From Mantamonas sphyraenae STR306 (lineage: Eukaryota > Protista > CRuMs), in assembly GCA_026936335.1 (NCBI GenBank), contig JAPMXV010000015.1, positions 124,001-188,000 on the forward strand: a DNA stretch of 64,000 bases. The letters run 5' to 3'. The translations under genes and the position numbers were made by a program. The first letter of the stretch is position 1; each line of letters begins with the position of its first letter. Shown here one piece after another: positions 1 to 12,383 of this stretch. The notes beneath the pieces were generated by a model. It was not told the origin of the DNA and made no database searches. It saw only the letters and a program-made list of their open reading frames with translations.

Positions 1-1096
1 AGCGCAACAACAATGGCAACAATGGCAACAAGGGGGGCCAACGGAACTACCACCAGAACAACAAGAACCACCAGCAGAACAACAACAACAACAACACGAC
101 AGCAGGCCAGAAGCGAGTGAACCGGGAGCGTGTGAGCACGCAACAGCAGCTGGACGAAGTGCTGAGCAGCGTTGGGTTGGACATGAGTGCTCTGAATGGA
201 ATTGGTGGTGGTGGCAACGGCAATGCCAGCGGCAGCGGGCCGTCTGCAGGCGGCTTCATGGACGTGAGCGCACTGGAGCAGCAGATGAAGCAGCAGCAAC
301 AGCAGCAGAAGCAGGGCCAGAGCCAAAGTCGGGGTCAAGGTCAGGTCAAGGTCAGGGTCAAGGTCAGGGTCAGGGCGGCAGCAGGGGTGGGAATCAGACA
401 TACGGCGGACAGATGTGGAGCCAGAACGGAGGGCAGAATGTGCAAGCTGGCAACTCGCAGGCGGTGCTGCACAACCTGTTTGCACAGAACCCGATGGGCC
501 AGCAGCAGGTGCAGCCGCAGCAGAGTTTTCAAGTGCAACAGCAATTACAGGCGATGCAGGCGATGCAGCAGCAACAGCAGATGCAACCGCAGCAGATTCT
601 GCACGGAGGAATGGGCAACATGCTTCTGTCGCCGCAGCAGCTTGCATACGGGAGCCAGGGCACGGTGCAACAGACGACGCAGACCACAAGCAACAGCAAC
701 AGCAACAGCAACAGCTCGGGTGGCCACCAACTGCTCTTCCAGCAGCCAAGTCTGGATGCGGACTCGTCGTCTCTGCTGAACCAGATTCTGAAGGACATGA
801 CGCAGGACGGAGGACAGCAACAGCAACAAGCGAGCAGTGGCAGCGGCAGCGGCACGGCATCGTCAGAAGGCCAGCAGCAGCAGACGGATGGCGGGGAAAA
901 GAAACCGAAGAAGAAGCGCCCCCGCAAGAAGAAGAGCGGCAAGGACAATGGCAGCGGCAGTGGCAGTGGCAACAGCAACAGCAACAGCAAGGACAACAGC
1001 AAGGACAACGGCAACGACGATGCAAAGAGCCGAAAGTACGGCCGCGTGCCGCCTCAGGTTGCGCGTCTGCGTGCTGCCAGTGGCAAGAAGGAATGA
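1..1096 (+). CDS. N/Q/G-rich low-complexity protein, 3' part (5' truncated by window); apparent 1-nt deletion at ~344
   Basis: Frame 3 is open from base 3 (RNNNGNNGNKGGQRNYHQ...). At the GQGQ repeat (cag|gtcaag, ~344) the Q-rich sense continues in frame 2 (ORF 413..1096), which ends with a basic KKPKKKRPRKKK patch. Confidence 0.65.
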   Translation, partial: AQQQWQQWQQGGPTELPPEQQEPPAEQQQQQHDSRPEASEPGACEHATAAGRSAEQRWVGHECSEWNWWWWQRQCQRQRAVCRRLHGRERTGAADEAAATAAEAGPEPKSGSRSGQGQGQGQGQGGSRGGNQTYGGQMWSQNGGQNVQAGNSQAVLHNLFAQNPMGQQQVQPQQSFQVQQQLQAMQAMQQQQQMQPQQILHGGMGNMLLSPQQLAYGSQGTVQQTTQTTSNSNSNSNSSGGHQLLFQQPSLDADSSSLLNQILKDMTQDGGQQQQQASSGSGSGTASSEGQQQQTDGGEKKPKKKRPRKKKSGKDNGSGSGSGNSNSNSKDNSKDNGNDDAKSRKYGRVPPQVARLRAASGKKE

Positions 1097-1450
1097 GAAA
1101 GGAGAGAGTGATGGGAAAGGGGTGGTGGGTTTTGCCAAACACAAGGAACCGGAATGGATGAGTGTGGTTGCATTCCATGGATTCGGCATCTTCGCTCCGG
1201 CCAAACCAGCCAAAAACCAAAGCAACGTACGTTGGAACCCACACGCACAACACAACAGCCCACGTCCAGTGCAACACACCTTCCGTGTCAGAGACACACA
1301 GCACAGCACTGTGTGCGTGCCGCTGCGCGTTGGCTGGTTGCCTGCGCACGTGTGGCGGGAGATTGCAGAAGGGTGGCGAATTTGCATGCATTGCGAAAAA
1401 CACAAGCGACTCACACGCGTTACCTGGACCTCCTGCACACAGAAGACAAC

Positions 1451-2282
1451 ATGGGACGTATGCATGCACCTGGGTACGTTGCAATGCGAGCATGCACAAG
1501 CACGTGTGCGCTTGTATGCCTGCGTGCGAGCGCGGAAACCGTGTAGCCGTGGTTGGCCCTCTGAAAACTGACTCCCGCCTCACTCGCACCCCCCCCGCTG
1601 CCGCTCTCTGCGCGCTTGTGCCTCCTCTGCATCCACTCTCACAGCAAGGGTATCGCCAAATCGGCAATCCCCTACAAGCGCACTCCGCCCTCGTGGCTGA
1701 AGCTGACTCCTGAGGAGATCGAGGAGCACATCTGCCGCTACGCCAAGAAGGGTCTGACCCCGTCGCAGATTGGCGTCATCCTCCGTGATTCCTACGGTGT
1801 TGGTCAGGTCCGCTTTGCCGCTGGCTCCAAGATGCTGCGCATCCTGAAGAAGCACGGTGAGTTTGCTTGTCCCATCTGCCCTGTGTACACCAGCACGGCG
1901 CCTCGCTTGGTTTTTGTGGCCTTGGCTCGTTGCATGCGCCGCTTGTTTTCCAGCGGCGTGGTTTTCGACCACACCGCAGCCACGTGCGTGCATCCCATGG
2001 TCCATGGCACTGACACAATTGCAACGTGTGTGTGTGTGTGTTCTTCCCATCACCCCCACAGGTCTTGCCCCTCAGCTGCCTGAGGATCTTTATTTCCTGA
2101 TCAAGAAGGCCGTGAGCGTGCGCAAGCATCTCGAGAAGAACCACAAGGACAAGGACTCCAAGTTCCGCCTCATTCTCATCGAGTCGCGCATCCACCGTCT
2201 GTCGCGCTACTACCGCAAGCAGCGCGTGCTGCCGCCCAACTGGAAGTACCAGAGCGCCACCGCCAGCACCCTCGTGTCGTAA
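1451..2282 (+). CDS. RPS13: 40S ribosomal protein S13 (uS15); join(1451..1473,1645..1856,2062..2282), 151 aa
   Basis: [18 protein letters not shown]...[16 protein letters not shown]...[13 protein letters not shown]...[18 protein letters not shown]; two GT-AG introns restore a full-length frame. Confidence 0.98.
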
Positions 2283-2447
2283 ATGTTTTTTCTGGAACAG
2301 AAAGAAATCGGAAGCAAGTCGGTCGGCGCCCGTGTGTTCACGGGGACGAGGCCACTGCTCTCCACCTTCTCCGTCCTCCAAGTCCTCTCACGTGTGGTTG
2401 TGTGATTGCAGATAGGGTTGCATGTGTTCATTTTGCGTCTTGAAGGG

Positions 2448-3434
2448 CTAAGCGTTGTACAGGCGCAGGAGACTGTTCATGGGCGACGGCTGCCTGCACA
2501 GCGGACACTCAGGCTTGGATGCACACCATTCGGTGATGCACTGCCAACAAAACACATGGCCACACGGCGTGGCTGTGCTGTTGCTGCGTGCATCCAGGCA
2601 CATGGCACACTGTACATCCCGTTCCACTTCCACGTCGCCGCCGTCCAGTCGGTGGCCCACCTCGTGCCTGTTCTCGGCCATCTCCTCACTGGCTGATATC
2701 TCCCTGCCCTCTTCGTCCAGCACAGGCACCCTGCGCCCGCGGTTGCTCAGCTGCTCCACTTTGAGGTAGAAGGAGATGCCCAGTTGGACCACCAGCAGCA
2801 GGCCAAGCAGCCGATATGCAGGCGTTTGCAGCTGCTTGGCCACTTCCTTCCCACTCCCCGTGGCCTTTATCCGTGTGTACGCGTACTCTTGGCCACACAG
2901 CCTGCTGGCCACCTCAAAGTAGCGTCCGTCCAGGTAGAACAGCGCAAGGTGCAGCTGTTGCACCAGTTCCAGACCCTTGGCCACCGATGGCAGCCATTCC
3001 ACAACCTTGGCCAACCCTCGTTCCCATTGGCTACTTGCCCTTCCTTCCATCTCCGCCTGAGTGGCCATGCGGAACACAGCCTGCTGCAATCTGCTCGCCG
3101 TCCGCTCGGCCACGTATGGGCACACCACACTCAGAAACATCCACGTGGCCCGTTGCCCTCTGCTCGTCGGTCTCCTTCTACCCTCCCCATCCCTGTGCAC
3201 CTGCATCACATCCACAAACTCTTCGCCCAGCGTCTGCTCCTTGCTGCTGGCAAACACCGCCCAGTACGCAAGCTGCGTTGCCAGCCGCACGGGCTTTTCC
3301 ACAATCGCAAACTCCCGCTGGCCCAGCACCTGCCGTCCCACCTCCAACACCTCTTGTTCCAACAACGTCCGGTACATTGAATCCTTCTGCACGCACCGCA
3401 CCACCTGCGGTTGCGACGCCGACGGAAACTCCAT
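2448..3434 (-). CDS. PEX10: Peroxin 10 (Pex2/12 N-terminal domain + C3HC4 RING), 328 aa
   Basis: MEFPSASQPQVVRCVQKD, QTLGEEFVD, LHLALFYLDGRYFEVASRL and the C-terminal CAMCLD...TPCGHVFCWQCITEW...ECPLCRQ motifs. Confidence 0.93.
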   Translation of the reverse strand: MEFPSASQPQVVRCVQKDSMYRTLLEQEVLEVGRQVLGQREFAIVEKPVRLATQLAYWAVFASSKEQTLGEEFVDVMQVHRDGEGRRRPTSRGQRATWMFLSVVCPYVAERTASRLQQAVFRMATQAEMEGRASSQWERGLAKVVEWLPSVAKGLELVQQLHLALFYLDGRYFEVASRLCGQEYAYTRIKATGSGKEVAKQLQTPAYRLLGLLLVVQLGISFYLKVEQLSNRGRRVPVLDEEGREISASEEMAENRHEVGHRLDGGDVEVERDVQCAMCLDARSNSTATPCGHVFCWQCITEWCASKPECPLCRQPSPMNSLLRLYNA

Positions 3435-3507
3435 CTCTCTCTCTCTCTCTCTTTCCACTCTTTCCTTTGCCTCCTCCTGTGCACCCTCCTCCACTTTCGA
3501 GCACCCA

Positions 3508-6500
3508 TCAATCCCTGCGGTTGCGTCCTCCCTTCTTCTTTCGTGGCGCCCCTCCGCCTCCCGGTGCAGAGAATGTGTGTCCTCCGCCGCCTCCTCCGCC
3601 GCCTCCACCACCTCCCGCTGCGCTTCTTCCACCTGCGCTTCGCGTGCCACGACGCGATGGCGTCGATGTCGAACTTGACGTTGTTGTCGATCCCGATGAG
3701 CGCCCTGCAAACCGGCTGCCTCCTCCCTCGCGTCCTCCATCACGTCCTCCGTCGCGGTCGTTCCTGCCACTCGAGCCACCTCCGAATCGCCCTCCTCCTC
3801 CGCTGCTGCTCTTGTTGTTGCTGCTGCTGTTGCGTCCTCCTCCTCGGCTGTTCCCTCCATCCGATCCACTCCTGCCAAAGCGTCCGCCGCCTCCGCCGCC
3901 CCGCTCGTCCCGCTCGTCGTTGTTGTTTCTTCCTCCTTCGCTGCGGAACCGTCCGCTCCCGCTGCGTGCCCGGCCTCCGCCATTGTTGCTTTGGCTGTCG
4001 GCCTTCTCATCACGACGCGATGACCCACTGCGCCGTCCAGAGAATCGGCTTCCTCCAGACGATGATTCGTCCTCGTTGTTGCGATCGTCACGTCGAGACG
4101 ATCCGCTGCGACGTCCAAACCTGCCACCACCCTCCTCTTCGTCATCCTTCTTGTCATCCCTCCTCGACGATCCGCTTCGCCTCCCGAAACGACCACCACC
4201 CTCCTCCTCGTCATCCTTCTTGTCATCCCTCCTCGACGAGCCGCTGCGACGTCCGAACCTGCCTCCACTTTCCTCCTCGCCATCCTTCTTGTCATCCCTC
4301 CTCGACGAACCTCGGCGTCCAAAACGACCACCACCCTCCTCTTCGTCATCCTTCTTGTCATCTCTCCTCGACGAGACCGCTGCGGCGTCCGAAACGACCA
4401 CCACCCTCCTCCTCGTCATCCTTCTTGTCATCCCTCCTCGACGAGCCGCTGCGACGTCCAAACCTGCCTCCACTTTCCTCTTCATCATCCTTCTTGTCAT
4501 CTCTCCTCGACGAACCGCTGCGGCGTCCGAAACGACCACCACCCTCCTCCTCGTCATCCTTCTTGTCATCTCTCCTCGACGAACCGCTGCGCCTGCTGCC
4601 AAACCTACTCCCGCTGCTTTCTTCCTTCTCGTCTTTCTCCTCATCCTTGTCGTCGTTTCCACGCCTGGACGATCCACTCCTCCGTCCAAACCGTCCGCCC
4701 GATCCACTCTTGTCATCCTCATCCCCCTTCTTGTCTTTGTCTTCTTTGTCCTTGTCGCTGCTGCGTCGCCCAAACCTGCTGCTGCGGCTGCTTCCACTGT
4801 CTTCCTTTCCATCCCCTTCCTTGTCCTCGTCTTCGTTGCGCTTGCCAAACCTGCTGCTTCCGCTACGCCGCGAAGACCCAGACTTGCCCTTGTCCGACTC
4901 GTCTGCGTCTGCATCCTTGTCTTTTTCCGTGTTGTCGCCCTTGCTGCTTCCGCGTCGCCCGAATCGGCTGCTTCCGCTGCGCGAGCTCTTCTCTTCCTCG
5001 TCCTCTCCGTCCTTGTCCTTGTCCTTGTCCTTCTTGCCCGCCGTCTTGTCCTCCTCCTTGTCCCCTTCCTTCTTCCTGCCGAAACGGCTGCTGCCTCGAG
5101 AACTTCTCTTCTTCTCCCCATCCTCCTTGTCCTTGTCCTTGTCCTCCTCCTTATCCCCCTCCTTTTTCCTGCCAAATCGGCTGCTTCGCAAGGAACTGCC
5201 TTTCTTCTCTCCGTCTCCGTCCTTCTTGCTCTTGTCTCCATCCTCGTCCTCGTCCTCGTCGCCGTCCTTCTTCTTGCGTCCAAACCTACCCGACGTGCGC
5301 CTGCTGCTGCTCTTTTCCTCCTTGCCCTCGCTCTCCTCATCGTCCTCGTCGCCCTCCTCCTTGCCACGCCTGCCCAGACGCGCACTGCCTCCTCCACTTG
5401 CGGCTTCTGCCTTTTGCTTGGCCCTCTGTTCACGTCGCTTGCGCGCCTCCTCCGCCTTTTTGCGTTCCTCCTCTGCCTCGCGCTCCTTCTTGGCCACCTC
5501 TTCAAACGCCTGGTTCTTCAGCTCCTCCACTCGCTTGTCCTCCTCCTCTTCCTCGTCGTCCATTGTCACCTCCCTGTTGAATCCGTACGGCGATCCGATG
5601 AACGAAAACGGGTCGCGTTCCACCAGACTCTGCTCCGTGTTTTCCTCCGTCTCTTCGATGAGCAGCTCGTGTGCTGCCAGTGGCGTTTCTTCTGCGTCTG
5701 CCACTGCCTGCTTCTTGCTTCCACCCGTCTCGCCGTCGTTGTCGTCTGCTCCCACTGTGCTGCCTCCGCGTGCTCGCTTGCCCCGACGCGGCTGACCTCC
5801 CTGTACATCCTCACCCTTGCCCTCCTCTGTCTTCATGGATGAGGTGGCGGTGGCGGTGGCGGTGGCGCTTTGCTTTGCTTCGTTCGCTTTCTTTGCGACC
5901 ACGCTTGCCCCGCGTTCTCGCGCGGGGCGTTTGCGGTTCGACCCTGGCACGTACGGTGCAAATCCACTTGCCACGCCGCCCACCTCGCCGCTTGCGTCCT
6001 CCATCAGATCGCCGTCGCTTGTGCCTGCGACTGCACCAGAGCCCACTGTGGCTGTGTTGCTTCGCTTTCGTACGCTGCGCGTCGTGCTCAGCGGCCCTGC
6101 TTCCATGCGTGTGCTACCCACTTGGTCTTCTTCGTCCATGGCAACCTTGTCCACGTCTCCTGACGCCGTAGCCACGTCGTCGTCGTCCTCCGGAAGCAGT
6201 CCAAGGCGAACGTCGATTCGCCGCTTGACTTGTCGTGCGGTGCTCTCTTCGGCCTCTTCAGCAACAGAGGCGCCGTCGTGCCCATCCTCGTCGGGTCGGC
6301 TGCGTCGTTTCTGTCCGGCCTCGCTCGGCACAGGCGTTGCCAGCGCCGATGAGTGTCCCTGTATGGCCTTGCCACCCTTGTTCTTTTTGTTCTTCTTGCC
6401 ATTGCGTGCACCTGCTGCGGCCTTGGGCGTGCCTCCGCTCAGAATCTCGGCAATGGATTCCGGTGCGCGTCGTTGGCGCTTCTTTGCGCTCATGCTCAGC

Positions 6501-7797
6501 GTCAGCAGGTGGTCCTCGTGTGCATCCATGCTCTCGTCCAGCCCATCCTCGTCCTCGTCCATGGTTTCACGCTTGCGTCCCACAACCACGGGCGTCCTGG
6601 ACGCCAGCGACGCACGCGTGGCTCCGGACGTCAGGATGCCCAAATCCGCAGCGGAAACAACACTCGAGGCGTTGGACAATGTCGACGATGCACGCTTGCG
6701 AGTCGTCGTGCGAGGTACCACAGGCACGCCAGAGGGCGTGGACACACTGGTCTCGTGCACACCTGTCAACAGCGCTTCGGACGTGTTCAACGCAAGCGGA
6801 CGCCGGTTCAGAGGCGACACGAGCGTCTCACGCGCAGACACCTCCTCCTGCACCGGGAGGCTCGTATCCAACAGGCTGCGTGTGTGTTTGTTTGTGTTGC
6901 GCCGCCGGTAATCCACTGACGACGCCACAAGTGCTCCGTTTCCGCTTCGGTTTCCAGAAGACCCGGGCGTTCGCGGCCCACCTGTCCCATTCCCGCCCAC
7001 AATGCTTCCACTGGGCGTGCTTGCCAGGTGGAACGAGGCCCCAATGCCTTCACCGCTGCGTTCGCTACCGACTGCGTTTACGTCTCCAGATGCTGTGCGC
7101 CTCAACGCGCTTCCGCTCAACATCTCGCCTCCTCGCCCTGGCGTCCCTGTGCGGTTGCCGTCGTGAGTGTACGTGTGCGTGAGTGTGCGGTGTCAGCGCC
7201 CATGCGTTGATTGATCCCCCCTCCCTTGCCACAGCCGTGCTCCACTCCGCCTCGCTTCCATGCGTTCAAATCCGGCTGTTCCTGCAGCCGTTGATCGCTG
7301 CGCGCGGACTTTGCCTTGTCGACCTCTCACAACCTACCCATCGATGTGGTGCGCCCCAGCGGCGTACGTGCCACTGCTCCGTGGCCACTTGCATCTCTAG
7401 CACTTGCAGACGCTGCATTGGTGACTGCTCCCATGCGTCGTGGCGTCCTTGCCGGCGTTTTGACGCTGCGCATTTTCACGCGCTTTCTTCGCTGGCCTGC
7501 CGCAGAGCCCACTGCAGGCGTCCCTGCATCTCCTCGCTTGCTCTGTGCATCCGTGCCTCGCTTGAACGGCGTTGCACTGCTCTTGTTCGCCCCCTTGCTG
7601 TCCTTATTCATCATCTGCTGTACCCATGCGCTCAGTTGTGCGCGATTCCTACTCCCGAAATCCGCCCTCGTGTCAGGAACTCTTCCCAAGCGACCCCAAA
7701 CACGCCCACGCCCCACACCTCTCCCTGCACACCCCTCCCACACAACTCACAAGTAGGCAACCACTGCCACCAGTACGACAAACACCAGTGTCCACAT
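3508..7797 (-). CDS. N-terminally membrane-anchored disordered protein with RFG repeats, candidate transmembrane FG-nucleoporin; complement(join(3508..7146,7338..7648,7751..7797)), ~1331 aa after removing one extra base at ~4375
   Basis: Exon 1 MWTLVFVVLVAVVAY ends at a GTGAGT donor. Phases match through two CTGAC-containing introns into ORF 4358..7123, which continues in the 3508..5505 frame after a 1-nt insertion inside the repeat. Confidence 0.75.
4090..4590 (-). repeat. Coding tandem repeat, 69-nt unit (GGGRFGRRSGSSRRDDKKDDEEE), about 7 copies
   Basis: Recurring tcatccttcttgtcatc(c/t)ctcctcgacga unit on the + strand. Confidence 0.9.
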
Positions 7798-7986
7798 CCC
7801 GAGCAGCGAATTTCTCTTTGCTCTCTAACCGCACGAGCTCGTGGCCACACCCCATGGTCAAATGCCTCCAACCCGTGGAAACAACGCAACATTGCAATGA
7901 AATTCCATCTCATCTCCACCCACCCCTGGCTTTCGCCGGAAAGCGTGCCATCTCTCACGCCGAACCAAGAAATCTGCCAATCCATC
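7798..7986. promoter_or_regulatory. Divergent promoter (189 nt) shared by the TM-RFG gene and CAP-D2; E2F-like TTTCGCCG at 7931..7938
   Basis: Head-to-head start codons at 7797(-) and 7987(+); the motif fits the WTTSSCSS E2F consensus. Confidence 0.45.
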
Positions 7987-10900
7987 ATGTCCACGTTTCA
8001 GATTCCCGTACATCCCGAGGATCTTGCCCTGGACCTTGACGAGCGCTACTGCGTGCAACAGGAGCTGTGTGAAGAGTTTGCTGCCCTGTCGCGCCCCAAG
8101 CAGATGGCCCATCTTGACGGTACGTGGCCTGATCTGCCCGTCCGCGCCTTTTCGCCTTGTCCGCTCGCAACACAAAACGCGCACTCACACGTTCCCTACG
8201 CATCTTCACCCACAGATGTGTTTGCCACCCTGTCTGCGCCTCTTCGCATCGCCGAGCACGAGCAGTTTGACACGCTGTACTACTGCGTGAGGTGAGTTGC
8301 ACGCCGTTGGCGCGCTTTTGCGCGTGCGATCGCTCAACGTTCACCGTCTCAAAATCCGGCCGCTGACACCTGGGCCCCGTTCCTTTCAACCACACGCCAG
8401 CGAGCTGCACACACTTGCACCCTCGGTGCAAAACAAGTTTGTGCAGGGTATGCATGCAACATTCACATCCTTCTGTGTGTCGCTGGCCGACGTGAGCGCA
8501 GACGCAGCTGGCATGACTCAGCACAAGAGCGCGCTGGAGATGTTTGTGTTCCTGATTACCTGGTCTTTGCAACAGAACCTTAACGGCGACGCTGTCGGTA
8601 CCGGGGCAGACGCAGATGTTTCTGTGGCCGGTCCATCAAAGGGGCGTGGCAAGAAGAAGGCCAGCAAGAAGAGTGCTGCAAGTGCCAGCGAACACGCGGG
8701 CGAGCTGCTGGAGCTCTTTGTGTCGGCGCTGACGGCCTCGCTGCGACAAAACCTGGCGCGCTTCTGGAACCTGGTAGTGCCGCAGGACGACTTTATGTCG
8801 CTGTACACACGCGTTCTCTACGACATGCTGGAGAACGCCGAGGCTCTGAAGAATGCCGGGGTTCGAGACGAGCTGTGTGCCATGTTCCACCTGCTTCTCT
8901 CGCGCTACAATCACAACATCGCCGCCGTGACCAAAACGGTGCACCTGTTGTGCAACTCACCAGTGGCTTCGGGCTTCCTGGGCCAGCTGGCTGTGTACCT
9001 GTGCAAGCAGGAAGGCAACGCCGGCCCGCAGTTTGTCGCCGAAGTCGTCCGTGAGATCGGCCACATGGAGAGTGCCGACGTGGCACGCGAGGCCGGTGCC
9101 GCCAAGAACCTGGGCGTGTTCTTGACCGACGTGGCCGAGGGAGCACCGCGTGTGGTGTACGGCACGCTGGCATTGCTGTTGAACCACCTGGACGGCGAGT
9201 CGTACATGATGCGCAACGGCATCGTGACCATGATTGGCAAGCTGATTTGCTTTGACGTGCCTGCCGACGACAAGAACCGTGCCTCGCTCATCACCAACCG
9301 CGACATGCTCTTGGAGGTGTTGATTGCACGCGTCGCCGACGTCAACGCCTACGTGCGCTCCAAGGTGCTCCAGACCTGGACTGCCATCTGCGAGGAGCGC
9401 AAGATCCCAGTGGCTCAGTTGCAGGCTGTGGCTGACCTGGCTGTGGGGCGTGTCACCGACCGTTCGGCAGTCGTGCGCAAAAACGCCATCCATCTGCTCA
9501 CCACCCTGCTCGAGTACAATCCGTTCAGCGACAAGCTGGACCTGGTGCTCTTCAAGACTCGCCTTGCCGAGATAGAGACCACAATGCAGGCCGAGGTGGA
9601 GAAGCAGAAGGAAAAGGCCACCGAGGCGCTCAAGCAGGCACAAGCGCAGCAGGCTGCCCAGGAAGGAGAGGACAAGGAAGAAGATGGGGAGGATGAACTT
9701 GACGTGGAAGAGTTTGACGTGGAAGAGAAGGAGGATGAGGATGATGATGAGGAGGTGGAGGAGGAGGAGAAGCAGCAGCAACAGAGCGTGGAGGATGAGG
9801 AGGAAGAAGAGGAGGAAGGCAAGGAGGAAAGCGGAGAGGAGCAGGAGAAGCGGCTGCAGGCTCTGCTGTTTACGTTTGAGTACCACCAGCAAGCAGTGGC
9901 GTTTATCACAAGCATGCACGAGACGGTGCCTGTGCTGAGCGAGCTGCTGGGCTCCAAGAACGCGACCGACGTGTTGGAGGCGGTTGGCTTCTTCATTGCC
10001 GCCAAGCAGTTTGGTATCCCGGGCGTGTGGCAGGGCATCCGCAAGATGATGATGCTGGTGTGGTCGAAGGAGGAGTCGATCAAGAACGGTGTGGTGGCCG
10101 CGTACCAGACGCTCTTCCTCGACGTCAACGCCGATGGGGAGCGCTTCTCGCGTGCACACGCCGGTCAGGTGTGTGCCAACCTGATTGAGCTGGCCCTGAG
10201 TGCCACGCTGGCCGAGCTGACCTCCATGGAGCAGCTGCTGGGGGATTTCCTGGCACGCAAGATGATTCCGCTCAGCGTGGTGAAGACGCTGTGGGACGTG
10301 TTTGAGGGAAGCAGCAGCAGCCAGCAGTCGCGTGGTGCCTTGATGGTGCTGACAATGCTGGGTGCAGCCGATGCGTCTGTGCTGCGCGCCAAACTGGACG
10401 TGCTGGTGGAGCTTGGCCTGCGCAAGGCGGTTCAGAACAGCGACTGGTTCACGGTGCGCTACGCGTGCATCGGACTTCAGCAGTCGCAGCAGGGCGCACC
10501 GCGTCGCCCTGCATCGGACGACCTCTTTGCCGTCCTGCACACGGTTGTGTGTGCCCAGGGCGTCGACGACGTCGCGTGGACGGCCGCGGCCGAGCAGGCC
10601 ATCAACCTCGTGTTTCGCGTGTGTGAGCAGCCGGGTGACGTGTGCGAACGCATGCTGGTGGCTCTGACAGACGCTCTGGCGGACAGCGAAAGCGGAAGCG
10701 AAGCTGAGAGCGACGTCGAGGCTGAGGAGGAGGAGAACGAGACGGACGCAGACGACACACCGGCCAGCAACGCGCAACTGTGGAAGTTGACGCAGCTGCT
10801 GATGGTGTGCGGCCACACAGCCATCAAACAGCTGGTGTTTGTGGAGGAGATGCAGAGCGAGTATGTGAACGCCAAGCTCAAGGCGTCGCGCAAGGTGGAA

Positions 10901-12253
10901 GATGTGCTGGACAAGAAGAAGAAGCAGAAAAAGACGACGGCGGCGGCAAAGAAGGGAGGCAAGCGAGGAAGCAAGCAGCAGCAGCAGCACGAGGAAGAGG
11001 AAGAAATGAGCCTGGAAGAGGAACTGGGTCTGGGAGCGGCTGCCAACGACGATGCCGAGGCAGAGTACGTGGCGGCCATCATGGAGCAGGAGATTGTGCA
11101 GCGAAACCTGTTGAGCGAGTACGGCGGCCTGATTGTGGACGTATGCAACGGAATCGGGACACGCTTTCACGACGAGACACTGTGCTCCATGGCGGCGCTG
11201 GCACTGGCCAAGTACATGTGCGTGAGCTGCGAGTTTTGCGAGAGCAACCTGCAGCTGTTGTTCACACTCCTGGAGGAGGTGGAGGTGGCGTCGATCCGCG
11301 CCAACATTGTGATTACGTTGGGCGACCTTGCATTCCGCTTCCCCAACAGCGTTGAGCCGTGGTCGGGCCACATCTACGCGCGACTGCAGGACAAGGACAT
11401 GCGCGTGCGCAAGAACACGCTGATGGTGCTGACCCACCTGATCCTGAACGACATGGTCAAGGTGAAGGGCCAGGTGAGCCAGCTGGCAGTGTGCATGGTC
11501 GACAGTGAGCAGCGCATCGTGGATCTGGCGCGCCTGTTCTTCCACGAATTGTCGCACAAGGAAAACAGGATCTACAACATTCTGCCGGACGCCATCAGCA
11601 ATCTGTCCAGCGACCCTGCGGTGAGCGTGGCGGACTTTCGTCACATCATGCAATTCCTGTTTGGGTTCATCACGAAGGAGCGCCAGAGCGAGTCGCTGGT
11701 GGAGAAGCTGTGCCATCGCTTCATGGCCACCAAAGAAGAGCAGCAGTGGCGCGACATCGCATACTGTCTGACCCTGCTGAACTACACAGAGAAGTGCGTC
11801 AAGAAATTGGATAGCAACTTCAAGGCGTACCAGGACAAGCTGCTGGACGACGAGATCTGCGGCCACTTTGAGCACATTGTCGTCAACGCGCGCAAGTTTT
11901 GCAAGCCCGAGATGAAGGCGGCGCTGGACGAGCTGGAGCGCAAGATTGAGGAGATTGTGAATGTCGACGGTGACCGTGAGCTGTTCAAACGTCCGGCCAA
12001 GCAGGACGACGGCGCAGCGGAGGAAGACAAGGAGAACTCGAGCAACAAGGGCAAGGGCAAGGGCAAAGGTGGCAAGGGCAAGGGCAAGGCAAAGGCCAAG
12101 AAGGCGCCCAAGAAGAAGCCTGTGTTTGATGACGACGACGAAGACGACTGGAGTGTGGGGAGCAGTGACGACGAGGTCGACACGTTTGCCTTTGATGAGG
12201 TGGACCAGTCCATGGTGGTTCCCACACGCCGCAGTGCACGCATGCGAGGATAA
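7987..12253 (+). CDS. NCAPD2: Condensin I subunit CAP-D2 (Cnd1/Ycs4); join(7987..8119,8216..8291,8401..12253)
   Basis: HEAT-repeat protein with LDGESYMMRN, DVNAYVRSKVLQ, IRANIVITLGDLAFRFPN, VRKNTLMVLTHLILNDMVKVKGQ and IYNILPDAIS Cnd1 motifs. Confidence 0.96.
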
Positions 12254-12383
12254 ATGCACAGCAAGGGAAATGAACAGTTGGGTCCATTCCACGAAACACG
12301 ACGGCTGGTGGCAGTTGAAAATGGGCGAGGTGGCGTTTGCGGCGCCTTTGCAATACAAACCACACGTGCAGTGCAGGACAACC

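Noticed and set aside
1474-2061. Intronic snoRNA (U14) in the RPS13 introns
   Set aside because: No box C (RTGATGA) paired with a box D is visible.
2448-4361. 637-aa ORF suggesting an RGG-PEX10 fusion
   Set aside because: The upstream part is an alternative frame of the RFG gene; PEX10 homology begins at Met 3434.
2816-5842. 1008-aa and 794-aa + strand ORFs
   Set aside because: Antisense to PEX10 and the RFG gene; their composition mirrors the low-complexity codons.
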